A stretch of DNA of 64,000 bases from a virus. Within the stretch, counting starts at the first letter, position 1; every line of letters begins with the position of its first letter. The stretch covers positions 18,433 to 82,432 of IMG/VR virus record IMGVR_UViG_3300012359_000028, one strand, 5' to 3'. A program made the position numbers and the translations under genes. Positions 29,591 through 38,692 of the stretch are shown here, one piece after another. Under the pieces are notes generated by a model. That model was not told the origin of the DNA. It saw only the letters and a list, made by a program, of their open reading frames with translations, and did not search any database.

Positions 29591-29819
29591 GGATTGACAC
29601 TCCCGCAGGGCGTACCGTGAAAACTTTTCATCATCTTATTCGTAATGTTTTTGGGATCGCCGAGAGGAATAAGAACAAGAATCGGTTTAGGCCCTACTTC
29701 AATGATAACGCGAAAAGTTTGAGCAACACCTGCAAGTTCACCCGCAGGATCAAATGGCGTTAATGACTGGTCTTTTATTCCAATTAGAAACAAGACATCA
29801 TTGTCTTTTATAAAATGTC

Positions 29820-30254
29820 TCATGATTGAAACTCCTGTTCTTCGGCTTGACGGCGGCGCAGCAGCCCGGCGACAACTTTACCGCCAGCGAGGTCCCACTT
29901 CTCGAATTCTTTGGCGGCTGTTTCGAACTGTCCTTCATCAACTAATTTCAGTAACGTACTCGACTGAAGATTTCCACTACCAAGATTGAATGTGAAGTCA
30001 ACCAGGGCATCGAATTCTCCCTGCGTCAATATCACCTTCACGATATGGTTTACGAATGCCACGGCCCAGGCAATGTCAGCCGTGAGTAGAGCCTCGGCCT
30101 GTTGCGGCGTACAACTGTCACCCTCCTTTACACCGATTGTATGTCCGAAACCAATTGTTAGCCGTCCAACCTGATCACGATAGGCAAGCAATCGGCACCC
30201 TTCAAAATTCTCAGTTAAAGCAATCCCTTCCTGCGAATATGTCATTTTTGGCAT
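29820..30254 (-). CDS. Endolysin, GH24 lysozyme
   Basis: FEGCRLLAYRD..G..TIGFGHT catalytic E-D-T; FDALVDFTFNLG; GLLRRRQAE. Confidence 0.92.
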   Translation of the reverse strand: MPKMTYSQEGIALTENFEGCRLLAYRDQVGRLTIGFGHTIGVKEGDSCTPQQAEALLTADIAWAVAFVNHIVKVILTQGEFDALVDFTFNLGSGNLQSSTLLKLVDEGQFETAAKEFEKWDLAGGKVVAGLLRRRQAEEQEFQS

Positions 30255-30679
30255 AATCTACACCCATCCTTTATAATTCCGCGATTTACGTGCCAACGAA
30301 TATGAGCAATAGTTGCAGTTTGTCCACTATTTCGGGCTACGGCTGCGCCCAAGGAACTTATATTAGCCAGATGCGCTATGCGACTATCCGTCAGCCTCTT
30401 ATTTTCGTTCGATTTACTTGGTGTAGCCCAACGAACATTTCCCGGTTCGTAGTTGCCATTGTTATTGATGCGGTCGAGCAACATTTCTGCAAGTGGTTTT
30501 GTTCCTAATTCAGCATAAAATTGATCAAAATTCTTAAATAAAAATTTGATTCCTCTCCCCGCGTAGTCTAGATAGTCTTTATCTTCAGGATTGCAGGAAC
30601 AGCGACGCTTCGCATTGATGTACGCCGTGTATTCAGGAGTCATCTTATGTTCTGGTCGCGGTGAATATCGAATACTCAT
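30242..30679 (-). CDS. HNH homing-endonuclease-like protein
   Basis: YAGRGIK...LDRINNNGNYEPGNVRWAT. Confidence 0.8.
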   Translation of the reverse strand: MSIRYSPRPEHKMTPEYTAYINAKRRCSCNPEDKDYLDYAGRGIKFLFKNFDQFYAELGTKPLAEMLLDRINNNGNYEPGNVRWATPSKSNENKRLTDSRIAHLANISSLGAAVARNSGQTATIAHIRWHVNRGIIKDGCRLCQK

Positions 30680-30819
30680 TTGAAAAATTCTCCGACCGAA
30701 TGAAACCAGTGCTCGTTCTCAAGTTTGTGCGCAATTCGACTATGCGTTATCTTCCAGATGGCCCAGGCTAGTATGCTGAGCCCAAAGAATCCGGCCCCCT
30801 GACAAAAGCCGATCAACAT
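30676..30819 (-). CDS. Small membrane protein (possible holin; not in ORF track)
   Basis: 47 aa with one hydrophobic segment (GAGFFGLSILAWAIW), two genes upstream of the lysozyme. Confidence 0.3.
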   Translation of the reverse strand: MLIGFCQGAGFFGLSILAWAIWKITHSRIAHKLENEHWFHSVGEFFK

Positions 30820-30823
30820 TTCT

Positions 30824-31366
30824 CTAAGCACTGATATCCTCTTTCGAACGCCAGCCCTTAAAAATTGGAAAGCGTGGGCGATCTTTACTGCCAGTCGGAA
30901 AGTATTTGTATACCAGGATACGACCTTCCAGGCTCTTGCGTTGTCGCCACAATGCCGGTCGTTCGATCACTGGGATAGTAGAAGAACTGACATCAAATTC
31001 AACTCCTGTCTTGACATCCTTGACATGGAACCCACCGAGCATTCCGGTCGGCACCATACTATCCAATGTATTATCATTCTCAGTCATGACAGCAGAAACA
31101 GTTCGGCGATAAGGGTCATGATTCGGCCTGCCAACAATCAGTTCTCCATCTACGCCGTCAGGCAAATGTGCTGTTATCTCTTGGGCTCGCGGACTCGGAA
31201 TTGGTTTGAGAGTGCGGGACACCAGTTGTCCGTTCATTCTCAAAGCCCGGATGCCGTCCAACTTCGGAGAAACAAGTATGGGAAACGAAACTTTCGGTGC
31301 TTGTCCTTCTTCGGCTTCAGCCGTTGCGGCCAACATCGGCTTAACTTTAACGTTGCTATTTGCCAC
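30824..31366 (-). pseudogene. ATP-dependent DNA ligase with in-frame internal deletion
   Basis: Motif I KLDGIR, motif III DGEL and C-terminal PRFPIF are present; motifs IIIa, IV and V are absent. GTG start after AAGGA. Confidence 0.75.
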
Positions 31367-31399
31367 GATGGTTTCCTTTCTTGGGGCACCCTTCAACTA

Positions 31400-31429
31400 A
31401 TAGTACCAATGGAAGGATTCCTTTGTCAA
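31400..31429 (-). promoter_or_regulatory. Sigma70 promoter
   Basis: TTGACA-18 nt-TACTAT upstream of the ligase-HNH-lysozyme genes. Confidence 0.55.
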
Positions 31430-31519
31430 GTGCTTTGCGGCACTGCTTGCAGACAATCCAGTCAATACGTTTGCCTACATACAATGCCGCATGCTTGTAG
31501 AATACGCAGAGCCGTTTCA

Positions 31520-32728
31520 TTAGACCTTGTTACCTTCTCCAATATCGTGACCGTCCGGGTATGTCTTGTAATCAGATTCGATTTGCTTGACACCATCTGT
31601 CATCGTCGTAGCATCATAAACAACCCATTTCGGGCCGTCACCGGCTGCGTTGCCATTATCGTCAGTGAGAAACAGCGCGACATCATACGTGCCCTCTTTA
31701 GAGCCATTACGATATGCGCCGATCAGAGCATGATCCGCTGCGAACGAATTTAATTCATTCATGGCTGCTTCAAATTCCGCACTGGTCTCGGGAGTAAATA
31801 GCGCGTTCTTTACTTTGGGCTCATCCTGAAACATTTCATCCTTTCCTTTTGGATTCGTCAGAAAATTGTGTTCGAGAGCCTTTACAGCCATCAGCGGCTT
31901 TGGATAGCCTTCATTATTCCAGCCAATAACTTCTGTACTGTGAGCGGGGCCAAAATAATAGAATCGAGCAAACCAAGGTCCTCCTACTTCTTCACGACCG
32001 AATACAGCCCAGTCGATTTTCGTATCATGCGCCCTTGCAAAGTCGTCTAGCTCTTTGTCGGCTGCATCGATCTCTTCGGGAGTCGCGTCATTGTCTCCGA
32101 CTGCAAAGGAAGCGCGCTGAAGCCGAGCCTCATTCTGATCATCTTTCTCGACAACTGGACAGAGTAATGAAAGCGGCTTGACATATAGCCATGGGTCTAC
32201 CTTTGGGTTTGGGTCATCACCTGCCCGAATGGCATACAAGGCAAATCGCGTCCCGTCGAGATAAATCATAACGAGACCCTCAAGGGTTGTTGACATCGCG
32301 TGCTCCGCAGGTATACTCGGCTCTACCTGGATGTATAAATTCGGATTCGTAATGACAAGAATTACTTCGTGTCCATCGTCAATAAATCCGAGTGTTTGAA
32401 AATCAAAGGGCTTGATCTGAGCAGGCGGGTTATCGACCGGCTCGATAGCCAACATGCGAAACACGGGAGCCAGTTTCACGGCATCTTTTCCCGCATCCGG
32501 GTCAGGGATCGAATCGATACGGATGTTAAATTTAAGCCCATACGGACGCTCTACACGCGAGTCGCATGCGACGGCATTGAATTCCCCGAGAAAAGGTTGG
32601 GCTTTCGTTTTTACTTCTGTCTGAGGTACTTCCGGGATTTGTTCGCCCTGATCTTGTGCCGCCACGCATACTGCTTGGGTCGCGAACAAGATTGCCGTAA
32701 ACAGAACGGCGAGAATGTACTTTCTCAT
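31520..32728 (-). CDS. Secreted/periplasmic acidic protein
   Basis: Signal peptide MRKYILAVLFTAILFATQAVCVAA; GGGAG RBS. Confidence 0.6.
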   Translation of the reverse strand: MRKYILAVLFTAILFATQAVCVAAQDQGEQIPEVPQTEVKTKAQPFLGEFNAVACDSRVERPYGLKFNIRIDSIPDPDAGKDAVKLAPVFRMLAIEPVDNPPAQIKPFDFQTLGFIDDGHEVILVITNPNLYIQVEPSIPAEHAMSTTLEGLVMIYLDGTRFALYAIRAGDDPNPKVDPWLYVKPLSLLCPVVEKDDQNEARLQRASFAVGDNDATPEEIDAADKELDDFARAHDTKIDWAVFGREEVGGPWFARFYYFGPAHSTEVIGWNNEGYPKPLMAVKALEHNFLTNPKGKDEMFQDEPKVKNALFTPETSAEFEAAMNELNSFAADHALIGAYRNGSKEGTYDVALFLTDDNGNAAGDGPKWVVYDATTMTDGVKQIESDYKTYPDGHDIGEGNKV

Positions 32729-32738
32729 TGTGTTCTCC

Positions 32739-33293
32739 CTATTTGATTGCGGTCGCAAGCACCGCTTGCCTGATTTCTTCTTTCTGACTGAACCGAAAAA
32801 CTTTGTGACTATCCCCAAAAACATCGATCATAAAATGAATCATCTTGTTTTCGAGTTCCTGAGCATCACTCTCATTCTGGTAGCGGCCCTCTCGTTCATA
32901 TATCGCGTCTTTATCCTTCAAAAGCAGAATGTTTAGAGCCGGATAGTCTTGCTCATATTCTCGAATCAGTTCAGCGATGCCGCGCTTTAGATCATGCGGT
33001 GCATAGAAGACACTGAGCCAGATTGGAGAATCGGTCACAATGTTCTTCACACCTGCTTTCAGAAGTTCGTACTCTATATGATGCTGCTTGCCGAAAATGT
33101 AAATCTGATCGAACTGTTGAATTGGCCGGTGTTCCAGAGTCCATCCTTTCACCCATTCTTGCGCTAACTCCGCATTGAAATGCTCAAAACGCAATTGCGA
33201 GTGAATCCATGAAGCCATATTGGATTTGCCACGGCCGGGAGCGCCAAAGAAATTGATGCGAAGTTGTTTATTAAAGAATTGCTGATCAGGCAT
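32739..33293 (-). CDS. P-loop kinase/ATPase (NadR/AAA_28-like)
   Basis: INFFGAPGRGKS, EWVK, VTDSP, GRYQ. Confidence 0.75.
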   Translation of the reverse strand: MPDQQFFNKQLRINFFGAPGRGKSNMASWIHSQLRFEHFNAELAQEWVKGWTLEHRPIQQFDQIYIFGKQHHIEYELLKAGVKNIVTDSPIWLSVFYAPHDLKRGIAELIREYEQDYPALNILLLKDKDAIYEREGRYQNESDAQELENKMIHFMIDVFGDSHKVFRFSQKEEIRQAVLATAIK

Positions 33294-33600
33294 GTGGGCA
33301 TCCTTCATCGGCCATACGGTCCAGTTCGTGTTGATGTTCTGGCACTCTCATAGCCGCCAAAGCCTCAGCAGCCTCTGCACGCTTCAATAATCCAGCACAT
33401 GCTGGCCCAAGGGTAAGAACAGCATCATGTTCTTGGTCATATGCCGCCAAGAGTTTATCGACCCGGCTCATGTCACCGATGAACAGTCCGGCGACGCGAT
33501 TGTCTCGAATTGCCTTGATCGCTTCCTCCGTTGTTTCAACATGGATTTCTTTCTTAACCTTTCCCATACTTGCTCGGGCGGTCTTGCTTAGTTCAGCCAT
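33286..33600 (-). CDS. Hypothetical protein
   Basis: Coupled ORF between the RNA ligase and the kinase. Confidence 0.5.
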   Translation of the reverse strand: MAELSKTARASMGKVKKEIHVETTEEAIKAIRDNRVAGLFIGDMSRVDKLLAAYDQEHDAVLTLGPACAGLLKRAEAAEALAAMRVPEHQHELDRMADEGCPHA

Positions 33601-34175
33601 TATTCACCCTTCCCTTTCTCATCTTTTTCGATTGTCTTTTTGAACAACTGTTTTGTGCTGTGATGGTAGATTACAATTCCTTCCGGTTTGGCAAAGCCCG
33701 GCACAGCATGAGAACCGCCTTCTTTCAGTTCATTAAGTATCATTGTTATAACTGAGGAATCAAAAAGTCCCTCATATAGAACCGGCACAACATGACAGCA
33801 TGCCGGATAGTTGTTATTGTTCCATCGGCCGGTATTGAAAAGACTAAATCTCTTTTCAATCAGTCCATACCGGCGTTGGATACCAGCGCCCCACCATTCT
33901 CCAAAATGATGACCGGGGCCGAGTTGAAGGAGTTCTTCTTTGTGCTCGTGCGCCCATCGAGAGAACCCATAATTGTCGTCAGTCGGCGTGATCCAACGGG
34001 TCCGCGAACCTGTAAGAAAGAGGCCGTCTCCGGCTCTGCCTGCGATTTGTTCGCCAATATAGATACTGGAGTTGGTGCCGTCAATTTTCTCCGTGACCGT
34101 ACAGTCTCGGCTGAGCCGACCGATTTTCGGCATGGGTTCAAACTTCGGTACTTCCAAATCCATTATCGTATCCAT
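33600..34175 (-). CDS. RNA ligase (Rnl2-like nucleotidyltransferase)
   Basis: TEKIDGTN (I), GSR, FGEWWG (III), FSLFN (IIIa), PEGIV (IV), FKK (V). Confidence 0.85.
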   Translation of the reverse strand: MDTIMDLEVPKFEPMPKIGRLSRDCTVTEKIDGTNSSIYIGEQIAGRAGDGLFLTGSRTRWITPTDDNYGFSRWAHEHKEELLQLGPGHHFGEWWGAGIQRRYGLIEKRFSLFNTGRWNNNNYPACCHVVPVLYEGLFDSSVITMILNELKEGGSHAVPGFAKPEGIVIYHHSTKQLFKKTIEKDEKGKGE

Positions 34176-34540
34176 CCTTGTCCAATCACGAAGGTCTGTT
34201 TTGGTCTCTTGGTATTTTTCTTGTGCCGATCTTCCTGTTGCTGCGCGGCGCTCTGCTCGTTCTTACGTTCGTACGGGCGTTTCTTTTGTTTTTTATTGCT
34301 CTCGTCCCGCATACTGACCTTTCCGCAGCCACTCAGCCATCCAGGCTGCTTTTTGATTGAGAACACTTCCCGGCATAGGCTTCCCAGTATATCGAGTATG
34401 CTTGCCTCGGCCCGTCCACCCCAGAAAACGTACAACATGAAGAGATGTTGAAGGGGCCGTGGAGTCGAGTAGATTGGCGCTTTGATTGTGGGGATAATCG
34501 AAAACGCCGCGATACCTCAATGGATTAGCAATTGATGCCA

Positions 34541-34795
34541 TTAGTTTACCTTTCTGCCGCCACATTCCATAGTGACAGCGGGGCCGCGAATTTCAGTCTG
34601 ATACACTTGATTTTTGAATTCGTCATTTCCGTTCGGAAAAACTTCAATCCGAACGTGACGCTTGCAAGTAATGCAGCACGCAATTCGAATAGCACCACCA
34701 CAAAAATTCTCCCAGTTCCCGAGTGTATGCAGATTGAGGATCGCCTGTTCCTCGGCTTCGGCCATCAATTGCGCCTCAATTCCGGTCGTGTCCAT
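34541..34795 (-). CDS. Hypothetical protein
   Basis: AAGGA RBS; CITC motif. Confidence 0.4.
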   Translation of the reverse strand: MDTTGIEAQLMAEAEEQAILNLHTLGNWENFCGGAIRIACCITCKRHVRIEVFPNGNDEFKNQVYQTEIRGPAVTMECGGRKVN

Positions 34796-35084
34796 TTGGT
34801 TTCCTTTCGTATGCCGTATGGAAGCCGAATTGAACTGAATTGGGTCCGTAAAGAGGGGCCACGGTACGAGCGATCAGTTTGCGTAATTCCGCAGCACTAA
34901 TGTGCCCAGAGTGTTCGGAAATTTCGATGTTATTGCTGGCAAAGCCTGGTATAGTCAGCCAGAAAGCAAAAGTCATGATGGTGTTGCCGGGTATTGCCCG
35001 AATGGCCGAAGCAACTTTTCGGCGCATTTCACTTACTGTCATGATTGCGCCGTTTGTTCCGATCTCGATATGGAGTTTTGACAT
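34776..35084 (-). CDS. Hypothetical protein (leaderless)
   Basis: ATG lies 6 nt after a -10 box. Confidence 0.5.
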   Translation of the reverse strand: MSKLHIEIGTNGAIMTVSEMRRKVASAIRAIPGNTIMTFAFWLTIPGFASNNIEISEHSGHISAAELRKLIARTVAPLYGPNSVQFGFHTAYERKPNGHDRN

Positions 35085-35090
35085 GGGCTG

Positions 35091-35120
35091 ATCCTACTAG
35101 GGTTCCTACTAGTTTGTCAA
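35091..35120 (-). promoter_or_regulatory. Sigma70 promoter (leaderless)
   Basis: TTGACA-18 nt-TAGGAT-6 nt-ATG; contains a CTAGTAGGA direct repeat. Confidence 0.65.
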
Positions 35121-36103
35121 GCACTAAATTTCATCGGCGCAAAAAATACTCTATCGGAATTCCCGCTTGAAAAAATTGTCCGGCCAAGGATTGCATCAAT
35201 TAGTGCTCGACCTTCCTCAATACTCAATTGGAATCCGGCTGCTTTTTGATGACCGCCTCCACCTTTTGCTTGAGCTAATTTACTTGCATCAACACCCTTA
35301 TGGGCTCGCAATCCAAATTGAATAAGTCCGTCTTCACGTTCGAACCATCCGATTGCAACATCTATGCCGGGCCAGTCCGCAAGTTCTCCGCCAAGTTCGC
35401 TAAAATTGGTGTTTAGCCCGTTAATGACAGCGACTTGATATTCGTGGACGAATCCTTCCTTATCGATAAAAAGAAGTTTGCCTGTCTGCGCATGACGGGT
35501 GCCTTCGCGTACATAATGTTCAATCTGGCGCAGCGCTCCGGCTCCATATTCAGCAGCCGAGTCCGATTCAATGCCTGCAACCATAAAATCCCAAACTCGA
35601 AAATCTTTTTGTACAGCCCCAAGATACGCATTGATTGCTTGACTCTTCGGCAGTTTCCAGAGCCACAAATCGCGGTCTTCCACATAATTGACATACCAGG
35701 GGCGCGGCATTCGTGAACAATTTTCGCAGCAAGCAAAATCAGTTTCTTTAACTAGGCGACCATCATCGGGCGAATCTTTGCCAAATAGATAATCCCATGC
35801 TAATCCAGCACCACTTCGATTCATATCAAATGTAGCGAATGACAGCCCGGCAAGAACTTCCTGGGCGCTTTTATGATGGTCGAGAATGCGGAATGACTTC
35901 GCTCGGCGAGCAAGTTCACAATTTTCGAGAGAAGTGTTCCAACTAAAATCTACAACGAAAACATTTTTGCCCTCCACCTCAGCATACGGCGGCTCGACAC
36001 CGTAATCCTGCGCCAGTAACGTTGCTTCAGGCCAGCGCTGGTGGGCGACATAGGCCGCGCAGAACCCGTCAGTGCAATTATTGTGATAGATGATTAAGTC
36101 CAT
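35117..36103 (-). CDS. DHH/DHHA1 phosphoesterase
   Basis: YH..CTDG, VDFS, LDHHKS, EDRDLW, GGGGHQKAAGF. Confidence 0.88.
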   Translation of the reverse strand: MDLIIYHNNCTDGFCAAYVAHQRWPEATLLAQDYGVEPPYAEVEGKNVFVVDFSWNTSLENCELARRAKSFRILDHHKSAQEVLAGLSFATFDMNRSGAGLAWDYLFGKDSPDDGRLVKETDFACCENCSRMPRPWYVNYVEDRDLWLWKLPKSQAINAYLGAVQKDFRVWDFMVAGIESDSAAEYGAGALRQIEHYVREGTRHAQTGKLLFIDKEGFVHEYQVAVINGLNTNFSELGGELADWPGIDVAIGWFEREDGLIQFGLRAHKGVDASKLAQAKGGGGHQKAAGFQLSIEEGRALIDAILGRTIFSSGNSDRVFFAPMKFSA

Positions 36104-36185
36104 AGCGTTTCCTCAAATAAAAATTGATTTGATCTGCCATAGAAAGAGCCGCAATCATTGCGAGTCCCAAAATTATCAGAGGCAT

Positions 36186-36512
36186 TTACTCTTCAATCTG
36201 TGTAGGAAACGCCATTGGTTCCGGGCCGCCAGCAAATTTGATCGCATCAAAGGGATTCAGGCACTTCGGAATTTCTGATGGGGTTGTCACCGGATTTTCC
36301 AAATCATCCCAATAGGCATGCCGAATGTATGATTCAAGAATAGAGCACCGAATCTTATACTTCTTTAATTCGACCAGAAGCACATCTATTGCCCTCTTCG
36401 CATTATCAATAACAAGTGCGGAAGACTGCTTGTCGGATTCGGCTCGGAAAAGTTCGGTTTTCAGTATTTCGATGTCGCGCTTGCGTGCTCGATAGGCTTT
36501 GACTGACGGCAT
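36186..36512 (-). CDS. Hypothetical protein
   Basis: GAGGAG RBS. Confidence 0.5.
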   Translation of the reverse strand: MPSVKAYRARKRDIEILKTELFRAESDKQSSALVIDNAKRAIDVLLVELKKYKIRCSILESYIRHAYWDDLENPVTTPSEIPKCLNPFDAIKFAGGPEPMAFPTQIEE

Positions 36513-36699
36513 GGCTACTCCTCAAAAATCTCTTCGTAATTTTGACTCAGAAATACACGTAATGCGGCTCGAATCATAACTTCGGCTCGATCACTGGCGT
36601 CTGCATCCGTTTGACAGACACAGTTGTCCCCAACTCCGCCAATGAACCTTCCCATGATATGGTCAATAAGTTTTTCGATCTTTTGGGCTGGACCTAGAC

Positions 36700-37200
36700 T
36701 CATCGTGAACCTCCCGGCAATAGACCCCAATTTATACGACGACTGATATCCTGCATATGTTTGTGTAACACTCGCGCAGCAATCCACTGTTTACGCAGAA
36801 TAATTGCAGCACGTCGCTGAGCACGTCGAATCAGTCGGTCCCCCTCTTCATGGAAATAGGGCGCAATGTCTTGAGTATATATTTTTTCAGCTAGGTTGGC
36901 AAACTGACGGATTCGAGAATTGTGATGCGGATGAATACGCTGTTTTTTGAATGCCACAGAACGAGAAGGGATTTTAATATCACCAAATTTTTGCTCACCA
37001 TGAGCACGGCTAAGTTTGGCGAGCGAATCGCCTTCACGATGACGACGGCCACACAGACGACAATCAATCATTTTGCCGAGGTCTTCATGACGCTGACTGA
37101 AACTACGCTCGGCAAATGCTTCGGCAAATTTCTTGACTGCTTCGGTTAATTCTGGAGTTGCAACTACGCTTTCATTCACTACATCATCCATCGGTTCCAT
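36700..37200 (-). CDS. Hypothetical protein
   Basis: CRLCGRRH motif; AAGGA RBS. Confidence 0.5.
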   Translation of the reverse strand: MEPMDDVVNESVVATPELTEAVKKFAEAFAERSFSQRHEDLGKMIDCRLCGRRHREGDSLAKLSRAHGEQKFGDIKIPSRSVAFKKQRIHPHHNSRIRQFANLAEKIYTQDIAPYFHEEGDRLIRRAQRRAAIILRKQWIAARVLHKHMQDISRRINWGLLPGGSR

Positions 37201-37216
37201 TGAGGTCCTTTCTTAA

Positions 37217-37942
37217 CTACACGACTGCTTGACCATAATCATATCGGCGGCCTTGAGCATCGTGAGTCATATCTCCGGGAACATCCACCGGTTCTAGTGT
37301 AAACGAAATTGTCTTCTCTTTCAAGGGTTTTCCTTGAGGCTTTCCGTAAAGTTCCAGTCGGTTAATTTGGCCGTATTCCTCAACACGCTCTTGATCGTAT
37401 TTGCTACCGATAGCTGCACGAACAATATGCCCGAGACGATTCGGCCCGGAGGCTGGATTTGGCCCTTCTAACGTTGCAACGCGGGGCGTCTTTTTGTGCA
37501 ATGCTAAATTATAGTGGCCCTCTTCATCAGCAGAACCCACCATAATGATAGTGCCGCCCGGAGTGGGCTTCTGATGTTTGCTAAGTTCCTCCCAAAAGAC
37601 TTCGGGATTCTCATAGCCTCGCCCGTTGCAATTCTTACACAGTTTCTTTTTTGCTTCACTTAGTCTAGCACAGATCGGACAAATTTTGACAAAATTCTTA
37701 TCGGCCAGTGTTTTCAACGGAGGGTTAAACCGGCCACGTTCAGGGTTGAACTTCCCGATTTCCGCAGGGCTTTCAACTCTCGTCCGGCTAAGGATTAGCC
37801 AGTCGGCGCGACCTTCGGCAACTTTCTGCTCAGCCTCTTGAAACGTAATCCATTTACGACACTTGCATCTGGAGGGATTGATTTGTTCTCCGAGATGCTG
37901 CTTGAAACAGAAATGTACCTTAACGGTTTGATCGCGGCTCAT
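37217..37942 (-). CDS. Zn-finger hypothetical protein
   Basis: CPIC...CKNCNGRG; start directly downstream of the 28-bp motif. Confidence 0.55.
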   Translation of the reverse strand: MSRDQTVKVHFCFKQHLGEQINPSRCKCRKWITFQEAEQKVAEGRADWLILSRTRVESPAEIGKFNPERGRFNPPLKTLADKNFVKICPICARLSEAKKKLCKNCNGRGYENPEVFWEELSKHQKPTPGGTIIMVGSADEEGHYNLALHKKTPRVATLEGPNPASGPNRLGHIVRAAIGSKYDQERVEEYGQINRLELYGKPQGKPLKEKTISFTLEPVDVPGDMTHDAQGRRYDYGQAVV

Positions 37943-38486
37943 TGATATCGTCCTTGATAGAAGCCGCAGTAGTGTCACGAATTTTTCTTGGACGACCAAT
38001 CTTATGACTTTCTAGAATGCCGGAACCGTTCGAACGTAGTCCATGGGCAGCCCACTTCAAATCTCGTATAATCATTTTAACTTTATTCACTGTCCAGAAT
38101 ATAGGGATATTTTCATTTCCTATCTTGACCATATTTAATTCGCAAACAATTTGTCCTTGCGTCAAACTTCGATTCCAATACAAGTAGGCAATATACACCC
38201 ATCGAGAAGCCAGCCATCGTTGATGATACGGACATCGACAATAACGATGATTGTTAGAACAGGGAATGATTGTCTCACGCATTCGTGGAAAAGATCGCAA
38301 TAAAATTTTCCGCAGTGATCGTGACTTAAGTGCCCACTCAGGGGTTGCTCGACTCCCTCTCTTTCCCCCACTTCTACGCAGTCCTCCAATTCGAAATGCC
38401 ATACGAATCGGATCATCGGAATCGAAACTCTGGCGAAGTTTACTGTTGATCGCCGGAAGATTTTCTTTCAGAGTATTATAACTCAC
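37920..38486 (-). CDS. Putative transcription regulator with sigma70 region-4-like HTH
   Basis: WVYIAYLYWNRSLTQGQIVCELN...TVNKVKMII resembles the sigma region 4 HTH. Confidence 0.45.
   Translation of the reverse strand: MSYNTLKENLPAINSKLRQSFDSDDPIRMAFRIGGLRRSGGKRGSRATPEWALKSRSLRKILLRSFPRMRETIIPCSNNHRYCRCPYHQRWLASRWVYIAYLYWNRSLTQGQIVCELNMVKIGNENIPIFWTVNKVKMIIRDLKWAAHGLRSNGSGILESHKIGRPRKIRDTTAASIKDDINEPRSNR
37958..37985 (-). promoter_or_regulatory. 28-bp conserved motif, copy 1
   Basis: AAAATTCGTGACACTACTGCGGCTTCTA, 15 nt upstream of ATG 37942. Confidence 0.7.
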
Positions 38487-38692
38487 TCTTCAACCTCGTG
38501 ATTTATTATGAAACCTTCTTTCGCGGCTTCTTCTTCGGTTAATGTAGGATGACCCTTAGCAAATTGGCGAGCCGCATATTCGGATTCCGCAAAAACATCC
38601 TGAATTCGAGCACCACGATCCATACCAAGATTTTCTGATTTCAAAACTTCTTCCCAATACTTTGGGTCTATATTCTCTATATCATTTTTCAT
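38483..38692 (-). CDS. Hypothetical protein
   Basis: Overlapping start/stop junctions on both sides. Confidence 0.5.
   Translation of the reverse strand: MKNDIENIDPKYWEEVLKSENLGMDRGARIQDVFAESEYAARQFAKGHPTLTEEEAAKEGFIINHEVEE

Noticed and set aside
30941-31753. Long antisense ORFs such as this 270-aa + strand ORF
   Set aside because: They shadow well-supported opposite-strand genes and lack an RBS or recognisable motifs.
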